DNA from: Dimorphilus gyrociliatus
Lineage: Eukaryota; Animalia; Annelida
DNA: 64,000 nucleotides
Assembly (NCBI GenBank): GCA_904063045.1
Contig: CAJFCJ010000046.1
Span: 176,028-240,027, forward strand
Reading direction: 5' to 3'
The notes under the pieces were generated by a model, which saw nothing but the letters and a program-made list of their open reading frames with translations, was not told the DNA's origin and did not search any database. Below, piece after piece: positions 38,203 to 51,100 of the stretch (positions are counted from its first letter, which is position 1; every line of letters begins with the position of its first letter). The position numbers were made by a program, and so were the translations under genes.

Positions 38203-38972
38203 TGGGTTATGGAAAGAATGTCCCATTTTTGGCAAGATCATCCCATTTTTGAAGGAATATCCCTTTTTAAAAAGAAATATTCTATATTTCGGAAATGTGC
38301 TAACATGTATGAAGATACTGATATTTTATAATTATGTAATGGTGCATCATTACATCTGTGAAAGAAAACTAATATATTTAAAGAAAACTAATATGATTTA
38401 AAGTCATCAGGAAAAGTTATTGCTGAAACTGTACTGATTGATTATAGCAAAAAAGCTGATTCACTTCCTAAATTGGAAAATTTACAATGCCTGGCTTCAA
38501 AGGTAAAATTTTCTTTTTACAAAGTACTCAATATTTACATTTACTGTTATGCCTTCTGGAAATTCAAAGAATGACTGATAATTCAATGCCACAGGAAGTA
38601 GTGGTTGATACTGAGAAAGACCTCTGGAAAGCCTTGAAATCTGCTTATCCAGCTGAATTCATAAGAGGATGTGCATTTGATTGAAGCCAAGCAGTGTTTA
38701 GAAAGATTCAACTAAGTTAAATATTTTAATTTAGCTACAATTTCAATGTACAAGATTTACTTTTAGAATTTGGGATACAGTAAAGACTATCAATCGAATA
38801 TGAATAATGGAAGATCAACATTAAGAAAGATATTAGAATTGCTTTTTCTTCCTTCTCCTACCATACCTACAATCTTCAATTTAATTGAGAATGAAATGAA
38901 AACAACAAATAGATATTTGGGACGTTCATTCCATGAGACATTCTTTCCATGGGATGTTTTTTCCAGGTCCCT
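38203..38972 (+). mobile_element. Internally deleted MULE
   Basis: Inverted GGAAAGAATGTCCC / GGGATGTTTTTTCC terminal arrays and probable TSD TTTTCATC. Coding remnant VVDTEKDLWKALKSAYP..GCAF, with the conserved RKIQ intron. Confidence 0.72.
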
Positions 38973-39089
38973 TTTTCATCAGAATAAGAGATTAGGAGAA
39001 GGATGAAGCTGATGCATAGACATTTAGAAGGAAAACTGGGGCAGACTATTGTTTACTATAAATGATCAGTGTGCCTCATATTGATCTTA

Positions 39090-41303
39090 CAAAATGGGGT
39101 TGTACATCTGCAATTTAGCAATATAGTATTGCTGTTTCAGTTTATTTGTAAAAATTAATTTTTGTGATATTACTTCTATTTTCGAAAGGTGCAATAAGGA
39201 ATTTTTCCTCAAATGATTCACAAACATAAATTCCACTCTCTGAAGAAGAGAAAGAATTCTGATAGATACATATTTCATTTATCTTCTTTGAATTCAAATT
39301 TACGGTTGTTGTCACTAAGATATCTTCGTTTATACTCTGACCAAGAATTTCAACAATGTAGGGCAAATCTTGTGGCCATGCAACATTGTTTTCTAAAGCA
39401 AATTCTCCAGCAGTTTTTGCACAAACATTGGAAACTGAAAGAAAACATTGTTTTGTAATTGAATAGAAATATTTCAAATATTTGGGAAATACAAACAATC
39501 ATAAGTCATTTCCGTTTTTCCAAAAATATCAATTTCTAATAAGATGTGACTTGATTGAAAATTGATTGTTATACTATCCAAGATAGAGGTTTGAAAAGTT
39601 TTGCACAGTGTATTAATTGATTCAAAATTTCCTACAAATAATTGTGTAGAAAATTTATTTGTAATTAAATTGGTTATCTCAAAGGTAGGGTTTGGTTTTA
39701 ATGTCGCCTCGTGGTTCACTTTAAAAATAGGTACAAAAATACATTCAACCTTCCAGTTCATATTCAATTTTTTCATTGCTTACTTGTCAAACAGAGAGTG
39801 TTTACTAGTGATTTTGCGAACGAAATTTTCCATTTTAAAGCAACAACGAGTACAGATGCGTCACCGAAATATTCATCATTTGTCAAGAAAGAAGCACCTG
39901 GCACAACGATACCGTCGCTTTCATGTTTTACAATTTTATCTTTATGAGAGAAACTCATCACTAAAAGAAAACAATGAGAATTAAAGAAATGCAACCTTTC
40001 TTGTGTATCATTACCATATTTATCGACATTTTTAACTTCTTGTCCATAGATAACTAATTCTGACAGTTGGAATTTGACAGGAAATCCTGGATCTGCTCCA
40101 GTTATTATGTATCTACCAGTTTTAACACTATTACATTTTCTGAATACACTTTCAAACAGTCCATTTTGAGGAGGAGTATAATAATTAAAGCAAACTTCAT
40201 CGGGAAGGGCACCCATTGTATTAGGAATATAGTTAACATAAACAAAACTGTATTTCATTGTATTTGAGCTATCTGAAAATGATGATTTGTGAAGAAGGAC
40301 TGAAGAGAAAATATCCAATTTTTTTATTACCTTGGTTTGCAAGCAACATAATTGCAAACACTTTTACTGTTGTTGGCAACCTAATAACAAGCTTTGGCTT
40401 AGCAAATAAAAGTTTTGTTTCAAAATAGGTAATATAGTCGTTATCAATAGTTTTATTGTAATCTGATTGAGGAGAGGAGTATTCAGATCCAAAGAGATCT
40501 GTTGATTCGATACTTACAGCGGAATAGTCTAGAAAATAAATTACCAGTTTATATTTTAAATTTTTATTATAAATCTTTTGAACAACCTCTCTTCTCTTTA
40601 TACGTTCCAGTAACTTTAATATCGCAAATATGCAAATTAACAGCCTCATCTTGATGTTCAATATAAATAAATGATCCATCCAATGGCGTTCCGCAAAAAT
40701 AACAACCATATTGACTTGATGCAGTTGAACTTGGTGTGATTACTGGATTTGACACAGTTGAACAAACAACTCCTTCGAGTGGATAATCAGAAACCTTGAT
40801 CTTGAAATTTTTCAAATTAACGGCTAAAATAAAATAGTTAAATTAGTGATTTTGATGATTGCAAAAAAGTTTTACAAACCATTTGGACTATTTACATTCA
40901 AAATGCAAACTTTCGTTACAGTATATACTTTTTCAAGATCAACAGTCCACCATGCTTTCCCTTTAGTCTGATTAGTTTTGGAGCATTTTAGAGGCTGGAA
41001 AACAATTTTTAAATTAGTTAAGAGGAAATTTTCGTTTGTTTGAATTTACAAACATCATTTATTTCAATAGTACTATCAGTAGCCAAACTTGCAATGTGAG
41101 GATATGTTGTAGTACTTTGAAATGTCAATTTATTTCTAGCAATATCATCTTCTCCAATTACCAATGGGATAACTATACAACAGAAATAACCATAAAAATC
41201 ATTCAAGTAAGACATTCGAACAAAGTTTTTGAATGTAAAATACAAAATACTTACTGGCAAAGAACATACAGTTAACAAAACTTTTGCAATGCAAACTCTT
41301 CAT
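39090..41303 (-). CDS. Multi-domain F-type lectin (fucolectin/discoidin-like) protein with possible C-terminal Ig-like segment
   Basis: Spliced translation: DIARNKLTFQSTT..ASLATD..CSKT..KAWWTVDLEKVYTVTKVCILN..LHICDIKVTG (FTP domain), a second repeat ending FQLSELVIYG, and a later SGIYVC. Several GT-AG introns; the 3' exon structure is uncertain. Confidence 0.65.
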
Positions 41304-41565
41304 GATTCAATAGCTAAGTGCAGAAACTTTACGTTTACTTTACATACAAAAATGATCAATATATTAATTGTTGTCGATATAAGTTCCTATAGTATTATTG
41401 AGTTTTGAACAATCTTTATGTCAAACAATAGAAAGATTGTCAGTGTTTTTTCCTGGCTAGCCGATTTTTCCCTATCATTGTTCTAGTTTTTAGTACTAGA
41501 AAATTTCCACTTTTACCTGGGAGCAGGTAAAAGCAACTACAAGTCATAGCAACTCTTTCCAGTCA

Positions 41566-41900
41566 ATGAAAAATAATTGCTTTTTAGTCCATGAGAACGT
41601 CTCTGCAAAGAATATTTATACACAGTTTAAAAGCTATTTTGGGGCTGAAACTCCAAGGGAAGGTTCAGTGAGACGGTGGGTATGTAACATAAAAAAAGGA
41701 AGAGCGAATTTTGAACACTTGCCAAGATCTGGTTGCCAAAAAACATCTGTAACAGATCAAAATGAAGAAGCAGTCAATAGGCTTATCAAGGAAGACCGAA
41801 CAATGTTCTGACCATTCACGCTTAATTCATGTTGAATTTATGGACTATGGTGAAACTATGGTTAACTCCACACAATATGTGGAGATCTTGAAGAGGTTAA
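41566..41900 (+). mobile_element. mariner-type transposase remnant with internal deletion
   Basis: SAKNIY..F..YFG..P..SVRRW...IKKGR..FEHLPRSG (HTH) is joined to IHVEFMDYGET.NSTQY.EIL.RL. Confidence 0.72.
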
Positions 41901-42070
41901 GAAAGAGACTATAGGATAAAGCCTAACCTTTTCCTTTCTCTTAACCCTTAGATGAGACTTCCTTCCTGCCCCCTCCCCTACCTCCCTCTAAGTAGAAATT
42001 AGTTGCTGTGTTCCTCTTCCTAACCACTTTTCAATCAAAAATCTAATCTCAAAACTCCTTATTTGTGGAC
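41900..42070 (+). mobile_element. Partial telomere-repeat MITE (3' part)
   Basis: CCTAACCTTTTCC...AAGTAGAAATTAGTTGCTG...ATTTGTGGACG matches the other copies. Confidence 0.7.
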
Positions 42071-42550
42071 GCCTTATGTAGCTATTTAATATAATCTCAC
42101 TATGGAAAAACTAGAGTAAATAAACTATTTTTATCGGAAATTTTTCCAATGATGAAAAATCATAAAAGATATTATTGAACATATTTCTATCTCAATAAGA
42201 CAATTCTTTTCTTTTTTTTTCTCTTCTACTTCTTCTGGTTGAAAAAAAAGCAATTGAAAAAATAAACCAATAAATTTCTTTACAATCCTTTGTTTGTAAC
42301 AATGAAACAGGAAAAAATAGACTTTTCCAGTTTTTATTTATATCCTATTGAGTTAACTTATTTTCTAAAAGACAGAAATTCAAATAATCCGAATTCAGGC
42401 CAAAAATGTTCAAGATGTTTTTGGAATTAATTATTAATTCCACAATTGTTCAAGAGTCATTTTAATTTTTAACTTGATTTTAAAAATGGCAAAAAACCTA
42501 AAGAAAAATAATCTCACACAAGGTGGCACCACCTATAGTGTATGATCATA

Positions 42551-42680
42551 GGATGCGACAGAAAACGTCGACAAATTGCTTGTTTTACCCTAGCCCTAAC
42601 TCAGCGTTTGCTTCATACTTAACCGCTTCCTATATCCTTAACCCTAAGAGGAGAGCCTCCTGAGTAGAAATCAGTTGCTT
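42551..42680 (+). mobile_element. Partial telomere-repeat MITE (5' part)
   Basis: GGATGCGACAGAAAACGTCGACAAAT...CCCTAGCCCTAAC...GAGGAGAGCCTCCT. Confidence 0.8.
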
Positions 42681-44962
42681 TGTTCTTTGATTTTAAAGAG
42701 AGGCAGTAATTAGAAATTTTTAAAAATTCAAATGAAAGATAAAGTGTTCATCAAGAATTCCGCTTCCGAAATTAAACTTATCTCCTATTAGAGAAGAATT
42801 TATTCAATATGGAAGAATTTTTGGTCACGTGACTGTCATGGATTTTTGTTTTCGTCTGCATTTTTTCTGAGAATAGACGACTAGGAATATTCTGTTGACC
42901 TAGTAAAGTCTATTCTTCTGTGAGGACGTTAGAGAAAATAAATTGAAGATTTTAATATCTAATAATTCAAGATAACTATAACGATGTCGGCTAGGGTAAA
43001 TAAAATTTATTGCGTAATATTCGAAATAATCAATAAGAAAAATTAATGTACATAGTACGAAAGTGTGAATCAAACTGATACACTAGCAGTAACTTTTACG
43101 CATGAACAACAAGTTCAAACATCTCGATGCAAATTAAAATTTCGTAGCTTGGTACCATTTTTGGTTGTTGTTCTCGTAGTAGGCTCCTTTGTAGTTTACT
43201 ACGTAATGTCTGGGTATAGCGTAAAGCCAAAGACAGGCAGCCATTTTATAAATAAACCAAAAATAAAATTAGGTAACATTTTTAAAAATGTACAAGATTC
43301 TTATTTCTTTTAATGGATTATTATTATAGTTGAACAGGACTATGCTAAACTACTTTTTGAAACGTCGGCTAGGACTAGAAGTTTTTGCAAAATTACTCGC
43401 CAAATGGATGAAAGTAAGTAAGACATATAGATAGAGAGAAGAGTGAATGAGTGAATGAATGAGTGGACGAGAGAGAGAGAGAGAGAGAGAAACAATAATA
43501 ATCTATTTATAGAATTTCTTCTCTCCTAAGATGAAGAATTGTATTGGGACATAACAAGCTATGCCTTCAAAAACCTAGAAGAATGCCTAGTACATGGACC
43601 ATCCATTAACATTACTGGATCTTTCTGTATGACTTATACATATAATTCGAAAAACACCAAATTATCAATATCATCTTGACTACAAACTACTCTTTGACAA
43701 ACAATCGAATACGAGAACAATCAACTTTCGTTATGACCGTAACGATTTTCCAGCCAAAACTAAATTTTCCCTTATTTCTTAATGTTGAATTATAATTAGA
43801 TGAAGAATCATGGAGAATTGCATTTAATGTATTTACGCCTTTCGAAAGGAAAGTATTGGAAGGAAATTTAAAAATTAAAAGATTCTTCATCAAAAATTCT
43901 ATGTGCGAAAAAGGAATTTGGGAAAAACCAAAGAAAAGTTGATATAAATTATTTTGAATTTCTAGCTAAAAGCTTATTAAACTATTTATTTTAGTTGATC
44001 AACTCTCTTGCGAATTTATTGACGGTTTGTTCCAAAAATATCAGGTAAAAAGGTGATATGTTTGGAATTTGATTATAAAGATCCTAACGAAATACCGAAT
44101 ATTGATGGTTCTATAACAGTAATATTTTAATAATAATACTGCAATAATGACCTTTTCAACTGAAAAAAAAATTATTAATTATTGACAATTTGTCAAATGG
44201 AATGGAAAGATAATCCATCATTATTAAAACACGTCGATTCCATTGAATATAAATTCACCAACAAGACGCAAATTGAATTTTATTCTTACAGTTCCTCCAA
44301 AAATGTAATCTTTACACGACAGCAAAAAGAAATTAGGTCATGTCTGAAAATATAAAAACTTTCTCATTTTCAACAGATTGAAATTATTCTGAAGCAATTC
44401 AATCATGAAAATGTTAAATTGTATTATGTCGATATTTTAGATGGTTATTGCAGAAATCCATTATTTCCGAGATATGATCGGAAAGTGGAGAGATTAACGT
44501 GTAATTTTAATTGTGGATTATGCGGTTATGAAATATTGAACACAATTTATTCTACTTTTGAACTGCGATATATCAAAAATATAAAAAGACGAAGTAAAAA
44601 TATTGCTCATTTCAATATTCAACATTGAAAGTTTTATCTTTGCAATCTAGGTTATTCTCTATCTTTATTCTTTTCAAATTATCATACAATTAAACATGGC
44701 GTATCAACAATTCTATCACCAAAAATTCAAGAATTCTCATCCGACAAACGCTTTTCAATCAAAATGAAATCGAATAGAAATTTCTCTACAGACAAACTAG
44801 TTGTTTATGTAAAGGATAGATACGAAGATACTTTCAAGTAGGTATTTATTATTTCAACAAAGTAGTTGGTATTTGTTCTTTTGTATTACTATAGGAAAAT
44901 TCAAAATGGAATAAAATATGGTCAAGTCAACATTTCGAAAACTGTTGAACAGGTATTTTTGA

Positions 44963-45101
44963 AGAGAAAACGGCCCATTTACCCTAACCCTAACCCAACA
45001 TTTAACATGCCAGCATGAATTGAAAATACTTGAATGAAACTTTTCCCAAACCTAAAAATGCCCAAAATCCTACCCTAAAAGCCTACAGGGCCGTTTTATC
45101 T
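44963..45101. mobile_element. Second small MITE with telomeric repeats
   Basis: TIR AGAGAAAACGGCCC / GGGCCGTTTTATCT enclosing ACCCTAACCCTAACCC. Confidence 0.6.
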
Positions 45102-45535
45102 GATAAAGATGTTAATCAAAATTTTCCAATAGATAAAACTGGAATTTAATAGTTCTGATTTTGAATTTTTGAGAATAAATTATAGATCATTTCTCTATTT
45201 CAATAGTTTTACATTGAAATATTTGCCTTGCGAACCAGGTTGGAGTGTTTTTCTTTGGTGTTTTTTGAGTTTTTCTTACCTAAAATTCTTTCCAGTTGAA
45301 GAATGTTATAAGAACAATTATGTTTGCGATTTAAAGATTTTAAAGCGAAAAAGTTCTTTCAATATTCAATCTATTTCATTGATGAGATAATTATCTTTCT
45401 GATATCTAGGTGATGATAAATAAAATGCTAGATAATATGCTCATATTGTGTTATAGCGAAAAACACGTCTAGTCTTTTTCCTCAATAGATATAACTGCAT
45501 TTACTTCTCATGTCCTCCAGCAACTACTTACAAGT

Positions 45536-45739
45536 AGGGCCGTCAGAAAACGTCTCCAAGTGAGATATTTGAAGGCAACATTCTGGGTTGAAAAATGGTT
45601 GGGAGGAGTGAAGTAACTATTCATTTGTAGTAAGGGGATGGGGTTCCATCCAAGAATTACAATTAATTAAAGAGGTTAGGGACAGACTGGGGCTAGGTTA
45701 GGGTAAAACCATGAATTTGGGGACGTTTCTTTCGCATCC
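45536..45739 (-). mobile_element. Diverged telomere-repeat MITE
   Basis: GGGCCGTCAGAAAACGTC...GGTTAGGG...GGTTAGGGTAAAA...GGACGTTTCTTTCGCATCC. The flanks CTTACAAGT and TCTATAAGT may be a decayed 9-bp TSD. Confidence 0.7.
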
Positions 45740-48160
45740 TCTATAAGTTGTCTGTACAATTCATAATTACTCCATAGCTATCTGTAAGAAATTATGGCTG
45801 TTTTATCATTACTAGCCATACTAATTACAGTCAATGTTGTCCTTGTCACATGCATAAAACTAAAAGAACATGGGGTTAGGGTTAAGAATAAACCTTAAGT
45901 TAAAAGTCATAGAGTATTATGAATAATAAGATATTTTTCACTTATATGTATATATATATATGCTCAAAAACTGATTAAGGGAAAGGCTAAAAAACATTAC
46001 TCCAACTGAGGCTTAGGCATAGTAAGGTCATGGGAAATTTATTGGGGTTGGATTAGGGGAGAATGCCAAAAATCTATTACTAATTTCTATTGGGAATGTT
46101 TAAAATTTATTGAGAATCACCGCTTTTTTTTTACTTAAAGATAGAGATTTGATAGAGTAAATTACGAGTTATGAAATATAAAGGAAGATAGGCTATTAGG
46201 TAATAAGGAATTTTTTTAGCAGGATAATTGGGTTAGGGATTGGAGGTGGGTTTATAAAACATTTAAACGAAAGATTTGCTTAAAGGTTCGAGTAGAAGCG
46301 GTACTACAAATACACAAATTGGTTCAGTAGGAACAGTACAATATTATTAAAATAACAACAGACGGCAAGATAAAATCTTGTTTGAGTAACAGTGAGAATG
46401 ATTATCTGAGAATGTAAGAATATATTACAATTAGTAGTAACAGATGACATGTTTCTTAAATTAGCTTGCACTATTCAACAGGGCGTTGTCAATATACTAT
46501 TTACTTGATTTGCAATTGAGTTGTATAGTTTTTTGTTTTATTGTTTTTTCTCAAATCGACACAGCAAAACAGTTTAATGATATTTTCAAAAATTTATTTG
46601 TTATATTTAATCAACATTTTAAATTTAAAAAGAATTAAAAATCTATCAAATTTTTCATTAAATATTTTAGAAAATCATAAAAGTTTTATTATTGGAAAGT
46701 TATTTGTTTCTTCAATAGAGAATGATTCTATCAATGTTCCAATTCAATATGAAAATTGTAAATATAACATTTATGGACAGATCTGTTCAACTTTTCACTA
46801 TGATACATTCTATAGTGAACCAACAATTTGTCCAGGAGATAAAGGTTTAAATGATAGGCTAGAAAATACTCATAAAAGTGGAGTTGTATTAAAACAACCT
46901 CTAAAATTCAAAGTTTTTTAATTCAACTTTTCCACTAATTGGTATTTTCTGTCAATAAAAGAAATAATATTTCAATCTCCTCTCAAAAAAGGTGATATTA
47001 TTAGAATCTATTCAAGAATCAAATGGACAGCTGACTGTTGCCAATTGTGAGACATTCTTTTTTGCAATTTTTCACCTATTTTTTAATCAGAAATTTCAAT
47101 TCTATAGTCAACTCTTTAAAGAAAATTTCAAAACAAGGATCTTCACTGCCTGTTTAAAATGTTTCAAAACCAATATACCATGTTTGTATGAAAAAAGGAG
47201 AACAAAGATTTAAGCCTACATGCTTTCTAACAATTACATTGATATATAGATATTTATCTTCAGTATATAAATGGAAGAGTTAAGTATAAAGCAATACTAA
47301 GAATTAAGAAAGACAGTTTTTCTGTAATCTTTAAAGAAAATTTGAATAATATATGCTCCAGTGCTCAATTTGTAACATTTAAATATTCACTAAAACTGAA
47401 AAAAGCCAAAGAAATATTTGAAATAAATGAAAAAATACCAAGATTTAGAAATTATAAATCAATGAAGAATGAAAGTTTAATTGCAATGTGTTATTTAGGA
47501 AAGGCATTAGGTATTTGGCTAGCAGATTTCCATGTCATTTTTGTCTAAAACACCAAATATTATCAGATGACTACGAGAGTCTTTCAGCCTATTTGTTGAA
47601 TGCTAAAACGATTTCAGACTACTCACCAGTCTATATAAAAACTATCAAGTATTATATCCTAAATAAAAACCTTTTAAGCATGGCAAAAGATATTTGTATT
47701 ACGAGAAAAATGATAAAAGGACCAAAATTATTTTCCCATTCAGCCAGTGGCTTTGAAAAAGTCATTTTTCTACTTTTTCTATTTTTTGTTAAATTTTCAA
47801 TTTATAAATATTCACACAGTTTTTCTTAATAGAATTTTAATTATAACAATTATGAATATTGTTCAGTTTCTTCTATTCAAAAAACTGTTCAAGTTCAAAT
47901 TTGTAAAAGTTTGTTAAAGTTTGTTTAAACAACATTTAAAAGACAATAACATACTCTAGGAAAATATTACAGTACGTCCTTTGTTTTCATATTGCAAACT
48001 AGACAAACTTTCAGGAAATTATTGCGTAATCAATAATATTTATAAATCTATCACTTTTTTCAATATACCATGTGAGAAGAATCGAAATTTTACAAGTTGG
48101 CCAGTTTTTTCTCTTTTCTTTAAATAAACTATTCAACTGTCAATTTATATAGAAAATCAA

Positions 48161-51100
48161 ATGAGAATGTTTAATGAACATACTAAACATATATATAGTG
48201 ATTCACTTCCGGTAGGTGAAGAGATTTATGGAAGTTTACAAATATTTGATTCTGAAAAATGGCTTCCAATTAGTCTTGTGTCAGTAAATCAATTAGAAAT
48301 GGACATTGTTTGTCAGCATTTAAATTACACTATTGGAACAGTAATAGTTGCTACAGATTATGAAATTAGTGAACACTTTGAACAACCTATATTTTATGAC
48401 ATTCATTGTCCTACTGAAGCCAAATCACTTGAAAATTGTAATATTTCAAATGAAAAGTATACAACATTATCCAAAATGTACTTGAGATGATAATAATGTG
48501 TAACTAAATTCATTTTGGCATTAAAATTATGTCCATTTTCCAGGCCAAAAAATTTCATAAAAATTTTTGGTTAAAATGTCAAAAAAAAGGAAAAAATAGT
48601 AAAGACGTGGCTCTTTATTTTGAATAATTAATAGATTAGAATTTTTCTAGCATGTTTTAATTATGCAAATTATAAAATTGATGATACATGCTATTATATA
48701 TTTAAACAAAATGGAAAATTATCAATTCATGATATGAGAATAAAATGTAAAAGAAAATATTTTGACTTGATTGAAGAGCCACTCAACTCTGCTGCACCTA
48801 TTTTTGAATTATTGATTTTTTTGGGATATTATCTCTTTACCAATGATTCTCAATTCATTCATTCAGTTTACAACTCAAAATCATTTGAAAAAAGCCATTT
48901 GTTAACTATTCCAACAGGTTTTAGGAATAACAGGAAATAAAGAAAAGTCTACTATTTCTTCTTTCTTTTTTTAGCATACCAAACCAATGGAGATAATAGA
49001 TTTACACCAACAAATATACCATGGAATTTTTGGTCTGGTTATCATAAATTCACAAACACAGTTAAAAGACCTTTAAAATAAAAAATGGCATTGAAAGTTT
49101 AGGGATAGAGATTAAATTTGGGAGTAGAATTCAAGACAAACCACCTGTTTATCGAGTAGATATCAAAACTTTCTAAGCCATATTTCTAATACTAATCTCA
49201 GAGATGCTGTTTAAGATACTCAACATATTATTTTACATAGATATCCTCAAGTTCTACTCTTTCCGAAATTAAAGCCTACAACAACATAGAAGAGCAAATT
49301 AGCAGTGATCTTAGAGGAAATTATCTTGACAGTGAATGCTTTCTTATCGGGCAAACTGTGAAGGAAACTTTTCCCTATTCCAACATAATATTCTTGAAAA
49401 ATCCTATATCTTGCACAAGAAAAATGAAAAGTTTACTTTTCTGTCAAAAATTTTTAGGTAGCGTAGCGAGTATTATAATGCAAAATTAATCTGGTTTCTT
49501 ATTCCTCTCTCTCTCTCTCTCTCTATTTCTCTTTTATACAGGAAACTACAGCCTTGACATAAATATTTGGAATTTTTACACCAATTTATCAAATGATAAT
49601 TGCTTGATCAATAGTTTTTGGTGCTCAAAAGATAAGATTTGTATTTCTCTAATGCAACTGTGCAATGGAGAGAATGATTGCTTTTCTGGTGAAGATGAAG
49701 AAGACTGTCAGCAAATCTCTACATTCCTTTGCCATTCAAATAATGAGAGTATAGCCTATCAATATATCTGTGATTATAGATACGATTGTTCGGACATGTC
49801 TGACGAAATATATTGCAGTATGTTGAAAGAATTTTAAAAATTTACCATAAAATTCAAAATTTAGTATACATTTTTAAGGTCAAAAAGATTGTTCATCCGA
49901 TCAAAAGTAAGTCAACATAGTCTATTTTGAACATTTCGAAACGATTTTTATTAATTAAAAATAGGCAATGCAATAACAGACAGTGCATAGATTACAATGA
50001 ATCATGCAATAATGAGATCAATTGTTTTGATCAGAGTGATGAAGATTGCTTAAATAAAGAATTGGCAAACTTATACTCAAAACACTCTAACAGTTAAAAC
50101 TGGTTCTAAATTTTGGCATAGTTTCTATTAATAATTGTCTTTTGATCAGGATGTAATTCAAAAGAACAATTTGCATGCGATGACTCGTGTAGGCCATTCA
50201 ATATTGCTTGTGACTATGTTTATGACTGTAAAGATGGAAGTGATGAAGATGAAGAGTTCTGTTCAAGAAGGAGGGGAATTAAGAATATTAATTATGAAAA
50301 TAGATTTTGTCATCTATCTTTCGATTCATTGGGCAATCTAAGAACAAGAGTTCGTGAACCATTTTCATCTCTACAAAATTGTTCAAGATCAAGCTGCAAT
50401 GTGGGAGAATTTCTTTGTAAATCAAGTGGATATTGTTTGTCAATTGAACAGGTTTGTGATGGTATAAATCATTGTTGGTATAATGATGATGAAATGGATT
50501 GTGGTACAATACCTACTTTTACAAACATGAGAGAAAATGTCCATAAAAATGGATGTTTTTTCAATTAGCTCCAATAATCTTTTCAGTCTTAGCTTTATTA
50601 TCATAAAATTTCACCTCAGACAACTACAAGCCACAAGGACTGTTCAAGTGCCAAAATGAAAATAAGTATATAGATCCAAGTAAAATCTGTAATGGAATTA
50701 TCAACTGCAAAAGAGGTAATGACGAATTACACTGCACTAGAAACTTAACAGAGGTTTGTCCTGAAAAGTGTTTATGTTCCAAGGCAAAATATGAAATTGA
50801 ATGTCATTTTAAATATTCAAAAAATACCAGTTTCTCATTACAAACACTTTCCAACTCTAATATTAAAAGTTTAAAAATAGGAAATTTCCTAAAAATTGAT
50901 GATAAATTTTCATCAAGTTATCTTACAAAATTATCAGTTACAAACAGTAATTTGCATATTTTCAACCATCAGTTTTTTGTTCCAAATCTCTATTTTTTAA
51001 ATTTGACAAACAATAAACTTACCAAGGTTGAAAATTACTTGAACAATTCAAATCATTTGTTAGAAATATTCAATATATCCCATAATCCATTGAGAAATAT

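Larger units (their letters stand above)
43065..47800 (+). pseudogene. N-terminal hydrophobic anchor plus divergent MAM-like domain exons (damaged; probably the 5' part of the GRL101-like locus)
   Basis: The hydrophobic stretch LVPFLVVVLVVGSFVVYYVM is followed by MAM-like motifs GPSINITGSFCMTY, YYVDILDGYC and LTCNFNCGLCGY. It has frameshifts and MITE insertions. Confidence 0.45.

Noticed and set aside
45753-46340. Possible further solo LTR ending CAGTACA
   Set aside because: Only the last ~70 bp resemble the 636-bp family, and the flanks (TGTC/ATAT) do not form a TSD.
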